Shown here one piece after another: positions 1 to 10,508 of a stretch of DNA of 64,000 nt; the stretch's first letter is position 1, and the number at the start of each line of letters is the position of its first letter. Origin of the DNA: Candidatus Poseidoniales archaeon (GTDB lineage: Archaea > Thermoplasmatota > Poseidoniia > Poseidoniales > Thalassarchaeaceae); contig DUDF01000116.1 of assembly GCA_012959435.1 (NCBI GenBank), forward strand, positions 5,366-69,365, read 5' to 3'. The translations under genes were made by a program, and so were the position numbers. Under the pieces are notes generated by a model, which worked only from the letters and a program-made list of their open reading frames with translations, was not told the origin of the DNA and did not search any database.

Positions 1-1
1 C

Positions 2-2116
2 TCCAGAGTTTGACACCTGGATTGTCCAGTTACCAGATTGTGTGCTTCCAACCTTTACCCTCTCTACATTGTTTAGAGTATCATAGGTACCTCCAGATGT
101 TGAGAAGCCATTTGAAAACATGTTGCCCTTGTATGTCGTACCATCAGGCGCAGACACTAGAAGATTGAGATTGTTGACCAAACGTGGAGAAGATTGACTG
201 GCTGAGGATGAACCTTCACGGTCGTTCCACACCAAAGTCACAGAGAATCCGTAAGCACCATCTATTCCATATGTGTACAAGTACGAATACCCAGGTGTGA
301 GGGTTTGATTTTGGTCAAAGAAAGTATTCAACGCCAAAATCCCACTAGTTGGATAGATGCTTCGTTGCAAATCGAGTTGGCCCCACCCTTCATCCGAATT
401 TGGAATATCTGAAGAACCTAAGTCCTTAGCACCATTGATGATAATTGCTCTAATCAAATCGCTTCTAGGTTGATTTAGATTCATGTAGTTGCGTAGGAAT
501 TGGCGAACAAGAACTGTGGCTCCAGCTGCAACAGGAGTTGCAGCAGATGTCCCATCAGCCTTCATGTACATCGGGTCGTTATTTCCGTGTCTTGCGTTAG
601 AACAGGACGGCCCGGCTGGATACTGGGCTTCTTCTGCCCTAGCCGAACAAATTTGTACTCCCGGGGCGACTATATCTGGCTTGATTCGCCCGTCAAGCGT
701 GTTACCTTGGCTGGAGAAGGATGCAACTTGGCCAACGGATGCTGTGAATGGACGGCCAGTTGTTGATGCACCCACTGTCAGGACATTCTTGGCAGTTGAA
801 GGTGGCGACACCGTAGTTTGACCTGACGCACCGTCATTGCCGGCTGCGAATAGGACGGTATAATCGCTGTAATCATCCATGAATGCGTCTGCAGACCGGC
901 TATCAGAGGTATATTGCCCACCCATGTTCTCAGCCCCCCAAGAATTGCTGTGAACTCCTGCTGACTGCTGACGAGAGTGCCGGAACATATCGTATAACGA
1001 GCCCCACCGAGCCAGTTGTCCTGACTGGTCGTGCTCCAATTGGTAAAATTGGAAGGTTGTAGCAGGAGCCATACCTTGGTAGGTTGAGTCACCTGAACCA
1101 TCACCTAGCATGATACCAGCAACATGAGTACCGTGACCGGTATTCATATCGGCACCCGAATTATCAGGGCCGAAGTTATTGTAGATAGTCAACAAGCGAC
1201 CAGTGAAGTCACCGTGATCTGAATCAAGTCCTGAATCAGATATTGCAGCAACTTCTCCAGTGCCATCCAAACCACTGTTGTGATTATTTACAACTTCATC
1301 AATTCTAGCAATATTACGTGCATAATCATTAGCAAGAACAAGATTACTACTTGGTTCTGTGAATAGGATTCTGCCATCATTAGCGAGGACAAGCATCCAA
1401 CCAGGGCCTATTCCTTTTACTTGACATAACCAAGCATCGCAACGGACTTCTTCTGCACCCGTTGAAGAAAGATGCTCCTGTAATTCACCAATCTGTTCAA
1501 TCGAGAGGTCGCCGGCAGGAGTTACATCAACATCGATATCAGGAACTGAAATGCCTGAGAAAGCATCCAACGAAATTTGCATCAAATCGGGATGGACTCT
1601 CCACCCCGGGTGTTGAACAACAACTGCACGAATTGAGGGGTGATTGGACAGTTCTTCTATCGCCGATAAGGCAGCACTAGAGTCTGCAGGCAAACGCACC
1701 AAGTAACTATCATCAGGAATGTAATCCAAATCCACTAAACCAAGACGAGTCACCAATTCTTCAAACACCGTGTAATCGTGTTCTACGAGTTGCACGATTG
1801 CAAACCTAGTGTTGTCAATATCAAAGTGGTCACGATAGGCTTCTGGTGGCAACGGTGGTGTTTCACTAGTTGGGTCAAAAGAGCCCAAAATAGTGTGAAT
1901 TTTGTGAGATGACTCGGTGAGAGATACCAAAGGCCCATCATTTGGAGAGGTGCTACCCCATTGCAAAGCGGCCTGTTCTGCAGTCCATTGTGGAGTTAAT
2001 TGCTCAAGTTGTGAGGTGGAGGTTTCGGGATTTTCAACATCCCCATCGGCAAGACTTGCCCAAGATGTTGTGAGCATCAGAAAAACAAGGAGGACAGGCG
2101 CTAATACTCGACGCAT
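2..2116 (-). CDS. Secreted S8 subtilisin-family serine protease (KP-43-like), 3' partial, runs off the window start
   Basis: Absent from the ORF track (no stop in window). Manual translation from ATG 2116 gives signal peptide MRRVLAPVLLVFLMLTTSWASLA, then catalytic Asp (AISDSG), His (HGTHVAG), oxyanion Asn (FAAGN), Ser (GTSAATP), RIKPDIVAPG, and a KP-43-like C-domain (VTLVWND...LVNNLNL...NNVERV). I translated the N-terminus and the catalytic/C-terminal part; both are in the same frame (705 codons to position 2). Confidence 0.93.
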   Translation of the reverse strand, partial: MRRVLAPVLLVFLMLTTSWASLADGDVENPETSTSQLEQLTPQWTAEQAALQWGSTSPNDGPLVSLTESSHKIHTILGSFDPTSETPPLPPEAYRDHFDIDNTRFAIVQLVEHDYTVFEELVTRLGLVDLDYIPDDSYLVRLPADSSAALSAIEELSNHPSIRAVVVQHPGWRVHPDLMQISLDAFSGISVPDIDVDVTPAGDLSIEQIGELQEHLSSTGAEEVRCDAWLCQVKGIGPGWMLVLANDGRILFTEPSSNLVLANDYARNIARIDEVVNNHNSGLDGTGEVAAISDSGLDSDHGDFTGRLLTIYNNFGPDNSGADMNTGHGTHVAGIMLGDGSGDSTYQGMAPATTFQFYQLEHDQSGQLARWGSLYDMFRHSRQQSAGVHSNSWGAENMGGQYTSDSRSADAFMDDYSDYTVLFAAGNDGASGQTTVSPPSTAKNVLTVGASTTGRPFTASVGQVASFSSQGNTLDGRIKPDIVAPGVQICSARAEEAQYPAGPSCSNARHGNNDPMYMKADGTSAATPVAAGATVLVRQFLRNYMNLNQPRSDLIRAIIINGAKDLGSSDIPNSDEGWGQLDLQRSIYPTSGILALNTFFDQNQTLTPGYSYLYTYGIDGAYGFSVTLVWNDREGSSSASQSSPRLVNNLNLLVSAPDGTTYKGNMFSNGFSTSGGTYDTLNNVERVKVGSTQSGNWTIQVSNSG

Positions 2117-2151
2117 TGACTTGGCGACTCAATGCACCCCTTTTGATGGTT

Positions 2152-2168
2152 GACGCTCTAAGAGCGTC
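2152..2168. promoter_or_regulatory. Perfect 8-bp inverted repeat GACGCTCT-A-AGAGCGTC, candidate operator upstream of the subtilase
   Basis: Directly visible palindrome with a 1-nt spacer, 36-52 nt upstream of ATG 2116. Function inferred. Confidence 0.4.
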
Positions 2169-2246
2169 TCATGCTCATAGCACTTTTTCTGAAATCTGAG
2201 CCCAAATAACACGCTTGCATTCAAACTAACAAGGTTAGTTGATTGA

Positions 2247-3287
2247 TTACAAGTTGTAGTAAATATCAATCGCTGCATCAGTTTTTGCAACACTTGTTTG
2301 CCAATCACTCTCAGTCCCCATAAGTGCTCGGATACAGTCCACATTTTCGGGGATAACGTCACTTTCTTGGTGAATTGCTTGGAAATAATAAAGGCGGTCT
2401 CCTTGCAAAGATACACCATCTTCCCACACAAAAATTTCATGCAAATCGCCCCATTTGCGGCCAATATCTCGGGCCATTTCCATTACTTCTGCAGTGGTAG
2501 TAATTCGGTTATCTGCACCATGCATTACAATCACTCTTGGAGTCTCTCTCCACATGTCAAGAATACTTTCGGTCGTCAAGCCATGACCAGGTGGTAAATC
2601 AGCGGTTATTGCGTGAGTATGCATGATTGTTGTTGGTACCGCTACTGCTAACGAATTGATTTCAATTTCTGGCTTAACGGTCATCACATCAGGACCATGA
2701 TGACTTGGCACTTTGAGAACCGGTTTGATCGCATTAATTGGCCCTTTACCTGAATCACCTGGGTCAGCAGCCCTTCGAATCATGGTGCACTCAACTTTTA
2801 GTGAGCCACAATGGTCATACAAAGGAACTAATGTTCTTGAAAGCCCTGTTGTGTTGCACGAAACAACCCGTGTCCCCTCTACGTTAAGATTCTCAGCATG
2901 GTTCGCTGAACTGGTGTATGAGCGCCCAGTAAGAGTGTGTTTTTCACCGCCTTGGAACATATATTTCACACCAGCAGCTTGGTATTTAGCAAGGTTTTCT
3001 GCACCCGTTTTCCCAGGTGAACAATCAACTACAACATCAGTAATTGCAAGTAAATCTGAAAGACCACCTGAGCAAACATAACCTTGGTCGGCGAAGCGAG
3101 CGATTCTATCCGGTTCATCAAAGGTACAATACAGTGGAAAGCCCTTCTTGACTGCTAAATCACAACCAAACGAAGGGCCTGTCTTTGTTACACCAACGAG
3201 TTCCATATCATCTTGGGCGTCAACAGCATCAGCCACACGCTTTCCAATCGTCCCAAATCCATTGATTGCGACCTTGATTTTAGACAT
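2247..3287 (-). CDS. gap: Archaeal type II glyceraldehyde-3-phosphate dehydrogenase
   Basis: VAINGFGTIGKRVADAV Rossmann motif, FQGGEKH, RVVSCNTTGL catalytic Cys, SHHGPDV, QAIHQESDVIPENVD. Start moved to MSKIKV (3287). Confidence 0.96.
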   Translation of the reverse strand: MSKIKVAINGFGTIGKRVADAVDAQDDMELVGVTKTGPSFGCDLAVKKGFPLYCTFDEPDRIARFADQGYVCSGGLSDLLAITDVVVDCSPGKTGAENLAKYQAAGVKYMFQGGEKHTLTGRSYTSSANHAENLNVEGTRVVSCNTTGLSRTLVPLYDHCGSLKVECTMIRRAADPGDSGKGPINAIKPVLKVPSHHGPDVMTVKPEIEINSLAVAVPTTIMHTHAITADLPPGHGLTTESILDMWRETPRVIVMHGADNRITTTAEVMEMARDIGRKWGDLHEIFVWEDGVSLQGDRLYYFQAIHQESDVIPENVDCIRALMGTESDWQTSVAKTDAAIDIYYNL

Positions 3288-3500
3288 CCGCTGACCACAC
3301 ATGCCGTTGCCGGCAATCCATTGCGATAGACACCAATCTATGAACATCACGGATAAAGAACAATGAATTATTAGTCGGGAAATAATCCACAAAATGAAGT
3401 TTGAACTATCGCCCTAAGGACGCTAATTAGCAAAATTACCTACCACTTCGTGCGTCAGCATCAATAAGAAGGTGGTATCCAAGAGGGTAGAGGTAGTACC

Positions 3501-5075
3501 ATGCGAGAGATGGTTGAGAAGAGTATTCAGTTGAATCGTGAGCTCGATTCACTGCTCGTTCGTGCCCTTGAATCAAACAAGGCGATTAAGATTGGTTGGG
3601 GCCGAGGAGATGACCCTAAACCACGAGATGGAGAGATGGGTGTTGCTTCACATCTTCCCGTTGGGGCGAGAGTCCGCTTGCTAGGCAACATTGGAGATTT
3701 GGCCGCAATTTGTGCAGAAGGTGGTAATTTCACACTTGAAGGAGAAGTTGGTGGTTGGTTTGGGGCTTGGAATAGAGGGGCAAAACTCGTTGTTGAACAA
3801 GAATGTGGGGCTCGGCTCGGAATGAAACAACAAGATGGTCAAATTATCTGTCATGCATCATCTGGACCAGAAGCTGGTGCAGGGATGTCTGGAGGATTAG
3901 TGGTTGTCCGAGGTTCGGCTGGGAAACGAGCGGGTGCTGGCATGGAAGGCGGCACATTGGTCATCATGGGAGATGCAGCATCAGATATTGGAACCAATAT
4001 GAAAGGTGGCCAAATCATAGTTAATGGGCGTTGCCCACCACCAGGTGAAGGTGCAACAAGTATTGTACTAAGCAGCGATAAATTAACAGAAATTAATGAA
4101 ATACTGAAGGAAATCAATCTCAAAATCGATTCAGATGCTGCTTTGATAATCACAGATACTGAGCATTCAACAACCATTTCAATACCATCACGAGGAATTG
4201 ATTCTCAGTTTGATGCTATTACTATTGTCTCAGGTGGAAACCCTAGACTTCACGAACATGCCCCACTTGATTTGTTAACACTATTACAACTAAGAGGTGA
4301 AGAAAAGGGGATGTTACTCCCCTTACCGGTATTCCCACGACTTGAAAGTGGAAAGGGTTTGAAGGGAGATTTCCTAAATCGCCAGCCATGCATAGTAAGT
4401 ACTCACCCAAGAGAAATTGACTTGTTACGGATTAGTGAAACTAACCTTCATGATTGCACCGATGGATTGAGTAACGCTGCTGGAGCGGTGATTTGCCTAG
4501 ATGATTTACCACGCATGAACGATGCTGAATTAGATGCGATGATTTCATTGGTGAAATCTAAACTTGCTGATGATAAATTCATTCTTCTTAGCGGGGGTAT
4601 TGACCGAATTTCAATGATTCATCGAATGGCGGCAGCACTCGACTGTGACGGTGCGATTGCTGACTCTGCAACCGCTGCCCACCTACCAGCCAGTGCAGTT
4701 CTACCAATGGTTGGACTTTCTGCACGTGAGCATCAGCTTACTCGCAAAGGAGTGTCACAAGGAATTTCCATACCTTGGGAGGCAGCGGCAACTGATGCGC
4801 TGATAATCGCTGCCGCTGGAGCACAATTCATCGTCAGCAACCCATTTGCCAATTCTGAAATCCCTAAGACCGACAAAGGAAAGGCGGAGTTCGTTGAGAA
4901 TTGGTTAGCAACTTTAGATTCTGAAATCCGAGGCCGATTAGTAGAAATCGGTGAAGATGGTATTGACCAACTCAATCGCCGCCACCTGAGGGCTCTAGAC
5001 TCAGACACTGCTAATATGACTGGGATTCGCTTAGCCGGTTACGATAGACCAATGCCACAATGGCTTGGCCAGTGA
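3501..5075 (+). CDS. GXGXG (GltB C-terminal/FwdC-like) beta-helix domain fused to a degenerate FMN-binding glutamate-synthase-like domain
   Basis: Repeated GxxAGAGMxGG turns in the N-terminal half. The C-terminus (QLNRRHLRALDSDTANMTGIRLAG) resembles the end of stand-alone FMN-binding glutamate synthase subunits. GAGGT RBS upstream. Confidence 0.65.
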   Translation: MREMVEKSIQLNRELDSLLVRALESNKAIKIGWGRGDDPKPRDGEMGVASHLPVGARVRLLGNIGDLAAICAEGGNFTLEGEVGGWFGAWNRGAKLVVEQECGARLGMKQQDGQIICHASSGPEAGAGMSGGLVVVRGSAGKRAGAGMEGGTLVIMGDAASDIGTNMKGGQIIVNGRCPPPGEGATSIVLSSDKLTEINEILKEINLKIDSDAALIITDTEHSTTISIPSRGIDSQFDAITIVSGGNPRLHEHAPLDLLTLLQLRGEEKGMLLPLPVFPRLESGKGLKGDFLNRQPCIVSTHPREIDLLRISETNLHDCTDGLSNAAGAVICLDDLPRMNDAELDAMISLVKSKLADDKFILLSGGIDRISMIHRMAAALDCDGAIADSATAAHLPASAVLPMVGLSAREHQLTRKGVSQGISIPWEAAATDALIIAAAGAQFIVSNPFANSEIPKTDKGKAEFVENWLATLDSEIRGRLVEIGEDGIDQLNRRHLRALDSDTANMTGIRLAGYDRPMPQWLGQ

Positions 5076-5089
5076 TGGAGGATGTTGGG

Positions 5090-6850
5090 ATGCCAACCGT
5101 CACTTTTGACCACCAAAACCTACGCATTCTCCAACTAGGCGCTAACATCACCCACGACCCTGCTCTATGGGGTGAGGAATTGGATAAAATTGGATGCGTT
5201 GTAGAAGAATGTGATGATAATACTGTTGAAATTGAGGTATTTCCAGACCGCCCAGATCTCCTTAGTGCTGAGACTATGGCTTACGCTACCAGAACTTTCC
5301 TTCATGATGCTGATGCTGAACCAAAACTGCCCGTAAAGGCTGGCTCAATCACGATGACTGTTGACCCATCATTGGAAAATGTACGTCCTATCATCTATGG
5401 TGCAGTAGTGCGAGGTGTCAACACAGGACATACTAGTGAAGCGCGAAGCCAATTCATCCAGGGATTGATGGACCACCAAGAAAAGTTACACTTTGCATTA
5501 GGGAGAGGGAGAAGGCGCTCTTCCATCGGGGTTCACGACCTATCAAGACTTAAGCCACCTTTCCGAGTCATAACTGTTGATTCAAAGTACAAATTCATAC
5601 CTCTTGCAATGAACGAAGAGATGACAATTTCTGATATTCTTAGTGAGCACCCCAAAGGTGTAAATTACGCACATCTCCTTGATGGCTTTGAAAAATTCCC
5701 AGTGATTCTAGATGCTTCTGGAGATGTACTTTCTTTCCCACCCATAATCAATGGTGCTCATACAACTGTAAGCGAAGAAACTACAGATTTCTTCATTGAT
5801 GTAACTGGCTGGGATAAAAAGGCATGCGAATCGTCTCTGCTCCTAGTATGCCTCTCGATGGCGGTTCGCGGTGGCACCATTGAAAGCATTGAGTTGACAG
5901 GTTGGAATGGAGAAATGTCGATTTGTCCAAATGGCTCACCACAAACTCATAAATTGCCAAAATCACTACTAGAAAATGTACTTGGAAGAGAGTTTAGTGA
6001 TGCTGAGATTTCTGAAGCAATCAATCGAATGGGTGGCCGCTTCATTCGTAGACGAGTAGTCACTGATGGCCCACTTGTTTCAGAGAGGTGGGCTGATGCA
6101 GAAGTTGGTAGCGATGAATATCTAATTGAAATGCCAAGGTGGCGCTCAGACATCCTTCACCCTGTTGATATGGTGGAAGAAGTTGCCACTGGGATTGGTT
6201 ACGAAGACCTAGGTGTCGCAACTTCAATGCAAAGCATCGCCGGAAAACCGCTTAAAAAAATGACACTACATCGAAGAATTAGAGAAAGTTTGCAGGGCTG
6301 TGGATTACAGCAGATACAATCACTCACATTATCAAATGAAGGTGACCAATTTACTAAAATGAGGCAAAAACACAGTGGTAGTGTTACTGAATTACATAAT
6401 CCTATCACAATTGAACATACAATAATGAGGCAATACATTCTCCCAAGTTTACTCAGACTTTTAGCAGCAAATCGCCACCATGAATTACCCCAAAGGGTGT
6501 ATGAATTAGGCACCGTGGTACATGATCATCATAACAACGACAGAGTGGCTTGGGGCTGTGCGGAAGTAGGTACCGGATTTACCGGTGCGAAGGGCATTGC
6601 TCAAGCATTACTAAGAGATTTAGGAGTTGAACAAGAAGAACTTGAGGTCAACTACAAGCCCATAAAATCAGGCGATGGACCTTGGTTAGAAGGGCGAGGG
6701 GCTGATATTCTAATCAATGGGAAAAAAGTGGGTAGTTGTGGGGAAATAGACCCAGTGATTGCGGACTTATTTGAACTAAGAGTTCCGATTCAGGCTGGTG
6801 AATTCGATGTTGAGGCGCTAGGAAGGATGATTCCAGACCCAGTCCATTAA
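5090..6850 (+). CDS. pheT: Phenylalanyl-tRNA synthetase beta subunit (archaeal type)
   Basis: PDRPDLLS, QEKLH...GRRRSSIGVHD, VLSFPPIING, PRWRSDILHPVDMVEEVA, NPITIEHTIMR, ELPQRVYELG motifs. Confidence 0.96.
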   Translation: MPTVTFDHQNLRILQLGANITHDPALWGEELDKIGCVVEECDDNTVEIEVFPDRPDLLSAETMAYATRTFLHDADAEPKLPVKAGSITMTVDPSLENVRPIIYGAVVRGVNTGHTSEARSQFIQGLMDHQEKLHFALGRGRRRSSIGVHDLSRLKPPFRVITVDSKYKFIPLAMNEEMTISDILSEHPKGVNYAHLLDGFEKFPVILDASGDVLSFPPIINGAHTTVSEETTDFFIDVTGWDKKACESSLLLVCLSMAVRGGTIESIELTGWNGEMSICPNGSPQTHKLPKSLLENVLGREFSDAEISEAINRMGGRFIRRRVVTDGPLVSERWADAEVGSDEYLIEMPRWRSDILHPVDMVEEVATGIGYEDLGVATSMQSIAGKPLKKMTLHRRIRESLQGCGLQQIQSLTLSNEGDQFTKMRQKHSGSVTELHNPITIEHTIMRQYILPSLLRLLAANRHHELPQRVYELGTVVHDHHNNDRVAWGCAEVGTGFTGAKGIAQALLRDLGVEQEELEVNYKPIKSGDGPWLEGRGADILINGKKVGSCGEIDPVIADLFELRVPIQAGEFDVEALGRMIPDPVH

Positions 6851-6863
6851 ATTGGATTTACAA

Positions 6864-7253
6864 TTACGCTGAATATGGACTGAAAGAACCATCTTCGGAT
6901 TTCACATAAGCAGCCTCATCAAAAGATCCATCATCATTCTTGAGATACCAATACCCGTCACCACTCTGTACGTATTCGCGTTCAGTTCCGCCACCACTAA
7001 CTGTATCCACTAAGTCAACTGTTTCTTCATTTTGTTGAGTATCAACAACTTCAGTTTTTACAACCTCGCCAGCAGACTCTTTACCAAGATGGGGGGTTGT
7101 CAACAAATCAATAGCGGCTTGATATTGTTCATCCTCAATATGGCTTCTATCCGATATGATTTCCTCGGCATGATGGTCGTCCTTACTATACGTGACAATT
7201 TTTTGTCCTTCGGCCTCGGACGCCTTTTTCTTGAATGGCCATATACCCGCCAT
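6864..7253 (-). CDS. Small acidic hypothetical protein with aromatic C-terminal motif (DGYWYLKNDDGSF...KSEDGSF)
   Basis: Protein-like composition from MAGIWPFKKK (7253). The longer ORF extension overlaps the divergent promoter region. Confidence 0.7.
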   Translation of the reverse strand: MAGIWPFKKKASEAEGQKIVTYSKDDHHAEEIISDRSHIEDEQYQAAIDLLTTPHLGKESAGEVVKTEVVDTQQNEETVDLVDTVSGGGTEREYVQSGDGYWYLKNDDGSFDEAAYVKSEDGSFSPYSA

Positions 7254-7378
7254 GATAGGTCGAATATGGTTCCTTGCCTTAGAATGTGTGATTGGAATAT
7301 TAGAAAATGAACAAAAATTGACTTGTAGCACACACAAGCAGGAGCAACTCTTCAAGAACCATACCAATTCCGAGAACC

Positions 7379-9703
7379 ATGCGCAGGTCACTGTTGCAAC
7401 CGATACTGGCACTTCTCCTTGTACTAACTGTATCAGTACTTCCTATACTTGAAACAGATAATACTCACCATCAGAAAGCCATCTCACTTGTTGAATTCTC
7501 AATTGCTGGGACATCAAACAACTCAAATAACTACACAAGTAACCTATCTTGGGGGCCAAATTCTGGTCTAAACGCATTTGCGTCTGTTGATACACCGATG
7601 ACTATGTCAATTAACATCACTAATGGAGCAAATGTTAGTGATGCGGTTGATTTTATCCTCACCAGTGATGCTGGCTGGGATTGTATCTGGTTCGGCACAA
7701 TCATCCCTTGCCACCAACCAAATCAAATCGTTATTGGATCAGGGGAATTAGGATGGCCGCAATATACGATTACAGTTCCACCCGTAGTAGATGGGGCTCC
7801 TCTAGCTTTTATGAGGCACCCGTTTCAGTTAACTGCTATTTCTAGCCTAGATGGTGCTGAGGTCAAATATAATTTCACATTAGAACCAGATGAGTGGTTT
7901 CAAGCAAAATTTGATTCTTCTAACAGTAATATTAGTTTAGAGCCGGGTAAATTAGAGCGAATTACACTTACCCTTCGGAATACTGGAAATTCACCCGCAC
8001 AACTGATCGCTCGTGTAGTGCCCTTAGATTCCAATAATTTACCATTGCCAGGATTCACACCAGAACAGTCCTATCAACATGAACAAAATATTTCCTATCA
8101 GCACGATGGGTGGTGGGTGGGTATATACAATGCCCACAACCTGAATGGGCAGGGTGGAAATGGTATAGGAGCAAATGTACAAGCCACTATTGATATCGAT
8201 ATCCAACCACCATCTCTAGCTACTGGACAGATGAAGGTTGGAATAGTGGCATGGAGTAATTACAATCCAACTGAGAGAGTAATGATTACCATTGATTCAA
8301 GCATAGTTTGGGAACGAGGAGGTGAATTATTTGTAGAGGAAAATTGTGGTGATAGTGATGTATCACCTGAACAAAGTTGTAGCGCTACAATTAGTATAAC
8401 CAATACCGGAAATTTTGAAGATTCATTTGAAATAATTGTTGACAATGAAAGTTGGTTGGGCGCAGAACTAAGCCAACATACGACGGTACTAACAAAAGAT
8501 GAAACCAAAGAGGCTGCAATACTAACACTGACTGTTCAAGAGATGACCCCGGCATTTTCTCATGGTTCGGTCACAATCACATTGAAACTAGTTTCAGGTG
8601 AAATTCTTGGTATTCAAACCATTGGATTGCGAGTTGCACCTTTGGTTAATTGGGAATTACATGCAATTGAGAGTAGCATTGATTCCCATGACAATATTTC
8701 AGTTGCCTACACAATACGAAACCTTGGTAATGGAGACGATGGACTACAAGTTTCTCTTCATGTTGATATGAGTGTAGAACATGGTTTTGTCCCACCAGAC
8801 CAAGCAACACATGGTTCTGACACGGACACACCTAGATTCTTTGAAATTGTCCAAATACCCCCTGGAGTGAACTTTACTTTCCGAGCTTGGATGCACCTGC
8901 CTCATGATAACGAAGCAAATGGCACAATCATTATGACTGTTGAAATGCAGAGTATTTTGAGTCCTGATATCATGTTTGTAAACGAGACAAAAATAGAATA
9001 TCTAGCCGATGCATGGAGGCCTGAAAATATTCACGAAGATTCTGCTTGGGTGAAACTTGAGATGGCTGCTGCCGACTTATGGAATCAATTTAATGGCTTG
9101 GTAATGACTATTCTAGTGGTTCTAGCAGGCTCACTTGGACTTTTACAAGCACTCAAACATCGAGCAGCCAAAGATGCAGCATGGAAGGCTAGGTTGGCAG
9201 CAGCAGAGCCAGCCGCACCTGAAAAGCCTGAAGAATGGATGGGGAAATTTGACAAAAAAGGTGGGACAGGAAACAAAGGAATTGTTGGAACAGTCATTGA
9301 AGCACCTAAAATTGCAGCCAGGGTGTTTCAAGACTTGTTCACTACTAATACTCCGCCAAAGAGCAAACAAAAAGAAAAACCATCTGAATCCCTTCTTGAT
9401 GCCGCTAATACAGTTTTAGAACACCATGAAACCACTATAGAAGGTGACTTGCTAGATGACTTGGCTGGTAAGTTAGTTATTGAAAAGGATTCACATCCCG
9501 CAAACGAATTATTTGACAAAGTGGAACAAGAATCAGGGAGAACTGTGAGGAAACCTAAGCAAAAGTCGGGATCAAAATACCTGAAACCTAAAACAGAATC
9601 ATCTAAACAAAGCAGTTCATCAACAAAGAATGCGAAGGATTCACACACCGCCACCTCTCCAGCCGTAGTGGAACAAGGCGATGAATTAGACCTTGACCTC
9701 TGA
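7379..9703 (+). CDS. Secreted, single-pass membrane-anchored protein with CARDB/NEW3-like Ig domains and a charged cytoplasmic tail
   Basis: Signal peptide, repeated (L/I)xN(T/L)GN motifs (LRNTGN, ITNTGNFED, IRNLGNGDD), TM segment LVMTILVVLAGSLGLL, K/E/S-rich tail. Confidence 0.75.
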   Translation: MRRSLLQPILALLLVLTVSVLPILETDNTHHQKAISLVEFSIAGTSNNSNNYTSNLSWGPNSGLNAFASVDTPMTMSINITNGANVSDAVDFILTSDAGWDCIWFGTIIPCHQPNQIVIGSGELGWPQYTITVPPVVDGAPLAFMRHPFQLTAISSLDGAEVKYNFTLEPDEWFQAKFDSSNSNISLEPGKLERITLTLRNTGNSPAQLIARVVPLDSNNLPLPGFTPEQSYQHEQNISYQHDGWWVGIYNAHNLNGQGGNGIGANVQATIDIDIQPPSLATGQMKVGIVAWSNYNPTERVMITIDSSIVWERGGELFVEENCGDSDVSPEQSCSATISITNTGNFEDSFEIIVDNESWLGAELSQHTTVLTKDETKEAAILTLTVQEMTPAFSHGSVTITLKLVSGEILGIQTIGLRVAPLVNWELHAIESSIDSHDNISVAYTIRNLGNGDDGLQVSLHVDMSVEHGFVPPDQATHGSDTDTPRFFEIVQIPPGVNFTFRAWMHLPHDNEANGTIIMTVEMQSILSPDIMFVNETKIEYLADAWRPENIHEDSAWVKLEMAAADLWNQFNGLVMTILVVLAGSLGLLQALKHRAAKDAAWKARLAAAEPAAPEKPEEWMGKFDKKGGTGNKGIVGTVIEAPKIAARVFQDLFTTNTPPKSKQKEKPSESLLDAANTVLEHHETTIEGDLLDDLAGKLVIEKDSHPANELFDKVEQESGRTVRKPKQKSGSKYLKPKTESSKQSSSSTKNAKDSHTATSPAVVEQGDELDLDL

Positions 9704-9712
9704 GATGACAAT

Positions 9713-10450
9713 ATGTGGGTTGCCGGAATTGATGAAGCTGGACGAGGACCGTGTATTGGGCCGCTAGTAGTAGCAATTGTTGCAATACCTCAATCAGATA
9801 TCCCATTACTTGAGGAACAAGGAATTGATGATTCTAAGAAATTAACACCTAAGAGGAGATTGGAATGCCACGACTGGTTGTATGAACAATCACAACACAG
9901 AGGGTGGCGTATTGAAGTTCTGAATGCTATGCCATACCACATTGATAACTGGATGGAATCTAAATCACTTAACGACTTAGAAGTCGAAATGTTTGCTTAC
10001 GTTGCAAATAAAATCCTCCCACCAAAGAACCAAGATGAAGGTATCCTACATCTCGATGCTTGTGATGTAAATGAACAGCGGTTCGGCGATAACATTGGTA
10101 CAAGATTGAATGATTGGCCATGGGGAAACTGGGAAATCACTAGTGAGCATGGTGCTGATGCCAAACACTTGGTAGTTGGTGCCGCTTCAATCATTGCAAA
10201 GCAAGTACGTGACACATTCATTGAGAAACTAAAGCAAGAGGAAGGGATACCATTTGGCTCCGGTTATCCCTCCGACCCAAACACTAGGAAGGTATTACCA
10301 GAATTAATGAAGGGTGCCACACCCCATCAGATGTTGCGGTGGAAATGGAAAACAACAGAAAATGCTTGGCAAGATTCTCACGACTCTCCAATACCTACTA
10401 GGCTCCGTGAAGCGTCATTGTTCAAAGAAAGGAATCTGTTAGATTATTGA
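9713..10450 (+). CDS. rnhB: Ribonuclease HII
   Basis: [28 protein letters not shown], and a C-terminal PIP-box-like ERNLLDY. Confidence 0.96.
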   Translation: MWVAGIDEAGRGPCIGPLVVAIVAIPQSDIPLLEEQGIDDSKKLTPKRRLECHDWLYEQSQHRGWRIEVLNAMPYHIDNWMESKSLNDLEVEMFAYVANKILPPKNQDEGILHLDACDVNEQRFGDNIGTRLNDWPWGNWEITSEHGADAKHLVVGAASIIAKQVRDTFIEKLKQEEGIPFGSGYPSDPNTRKVLPELMKGATPHQMLRWKWKTTENAWQDSHDSPIPTRLREASLFKERNLLDY

Positions 10451-10508
10451 GCCTGTAAGGGTAAATTGGCCGGATATACTCAAGAGGTGTAGCCAAGGCC
10501 GACAGGAC

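Noticed and set aside
489..2153. Short ORFs 489-821, 500-766, 778-1104, 1462-1680 and 1917-2153
   Set aside because: Antisense or out-of-frame shadows of the unlisted minus-strand subtilase gene (2-2116).
3288..3392. N-terminal extensions given by the ORF track for gap (also pheT 5060, 7412, 26143 and aglB 61896)
   Set aside because: They overlap promoters or neighbouring genes and lack family similarity. Downstream starts fit the motif and RBS positions better.
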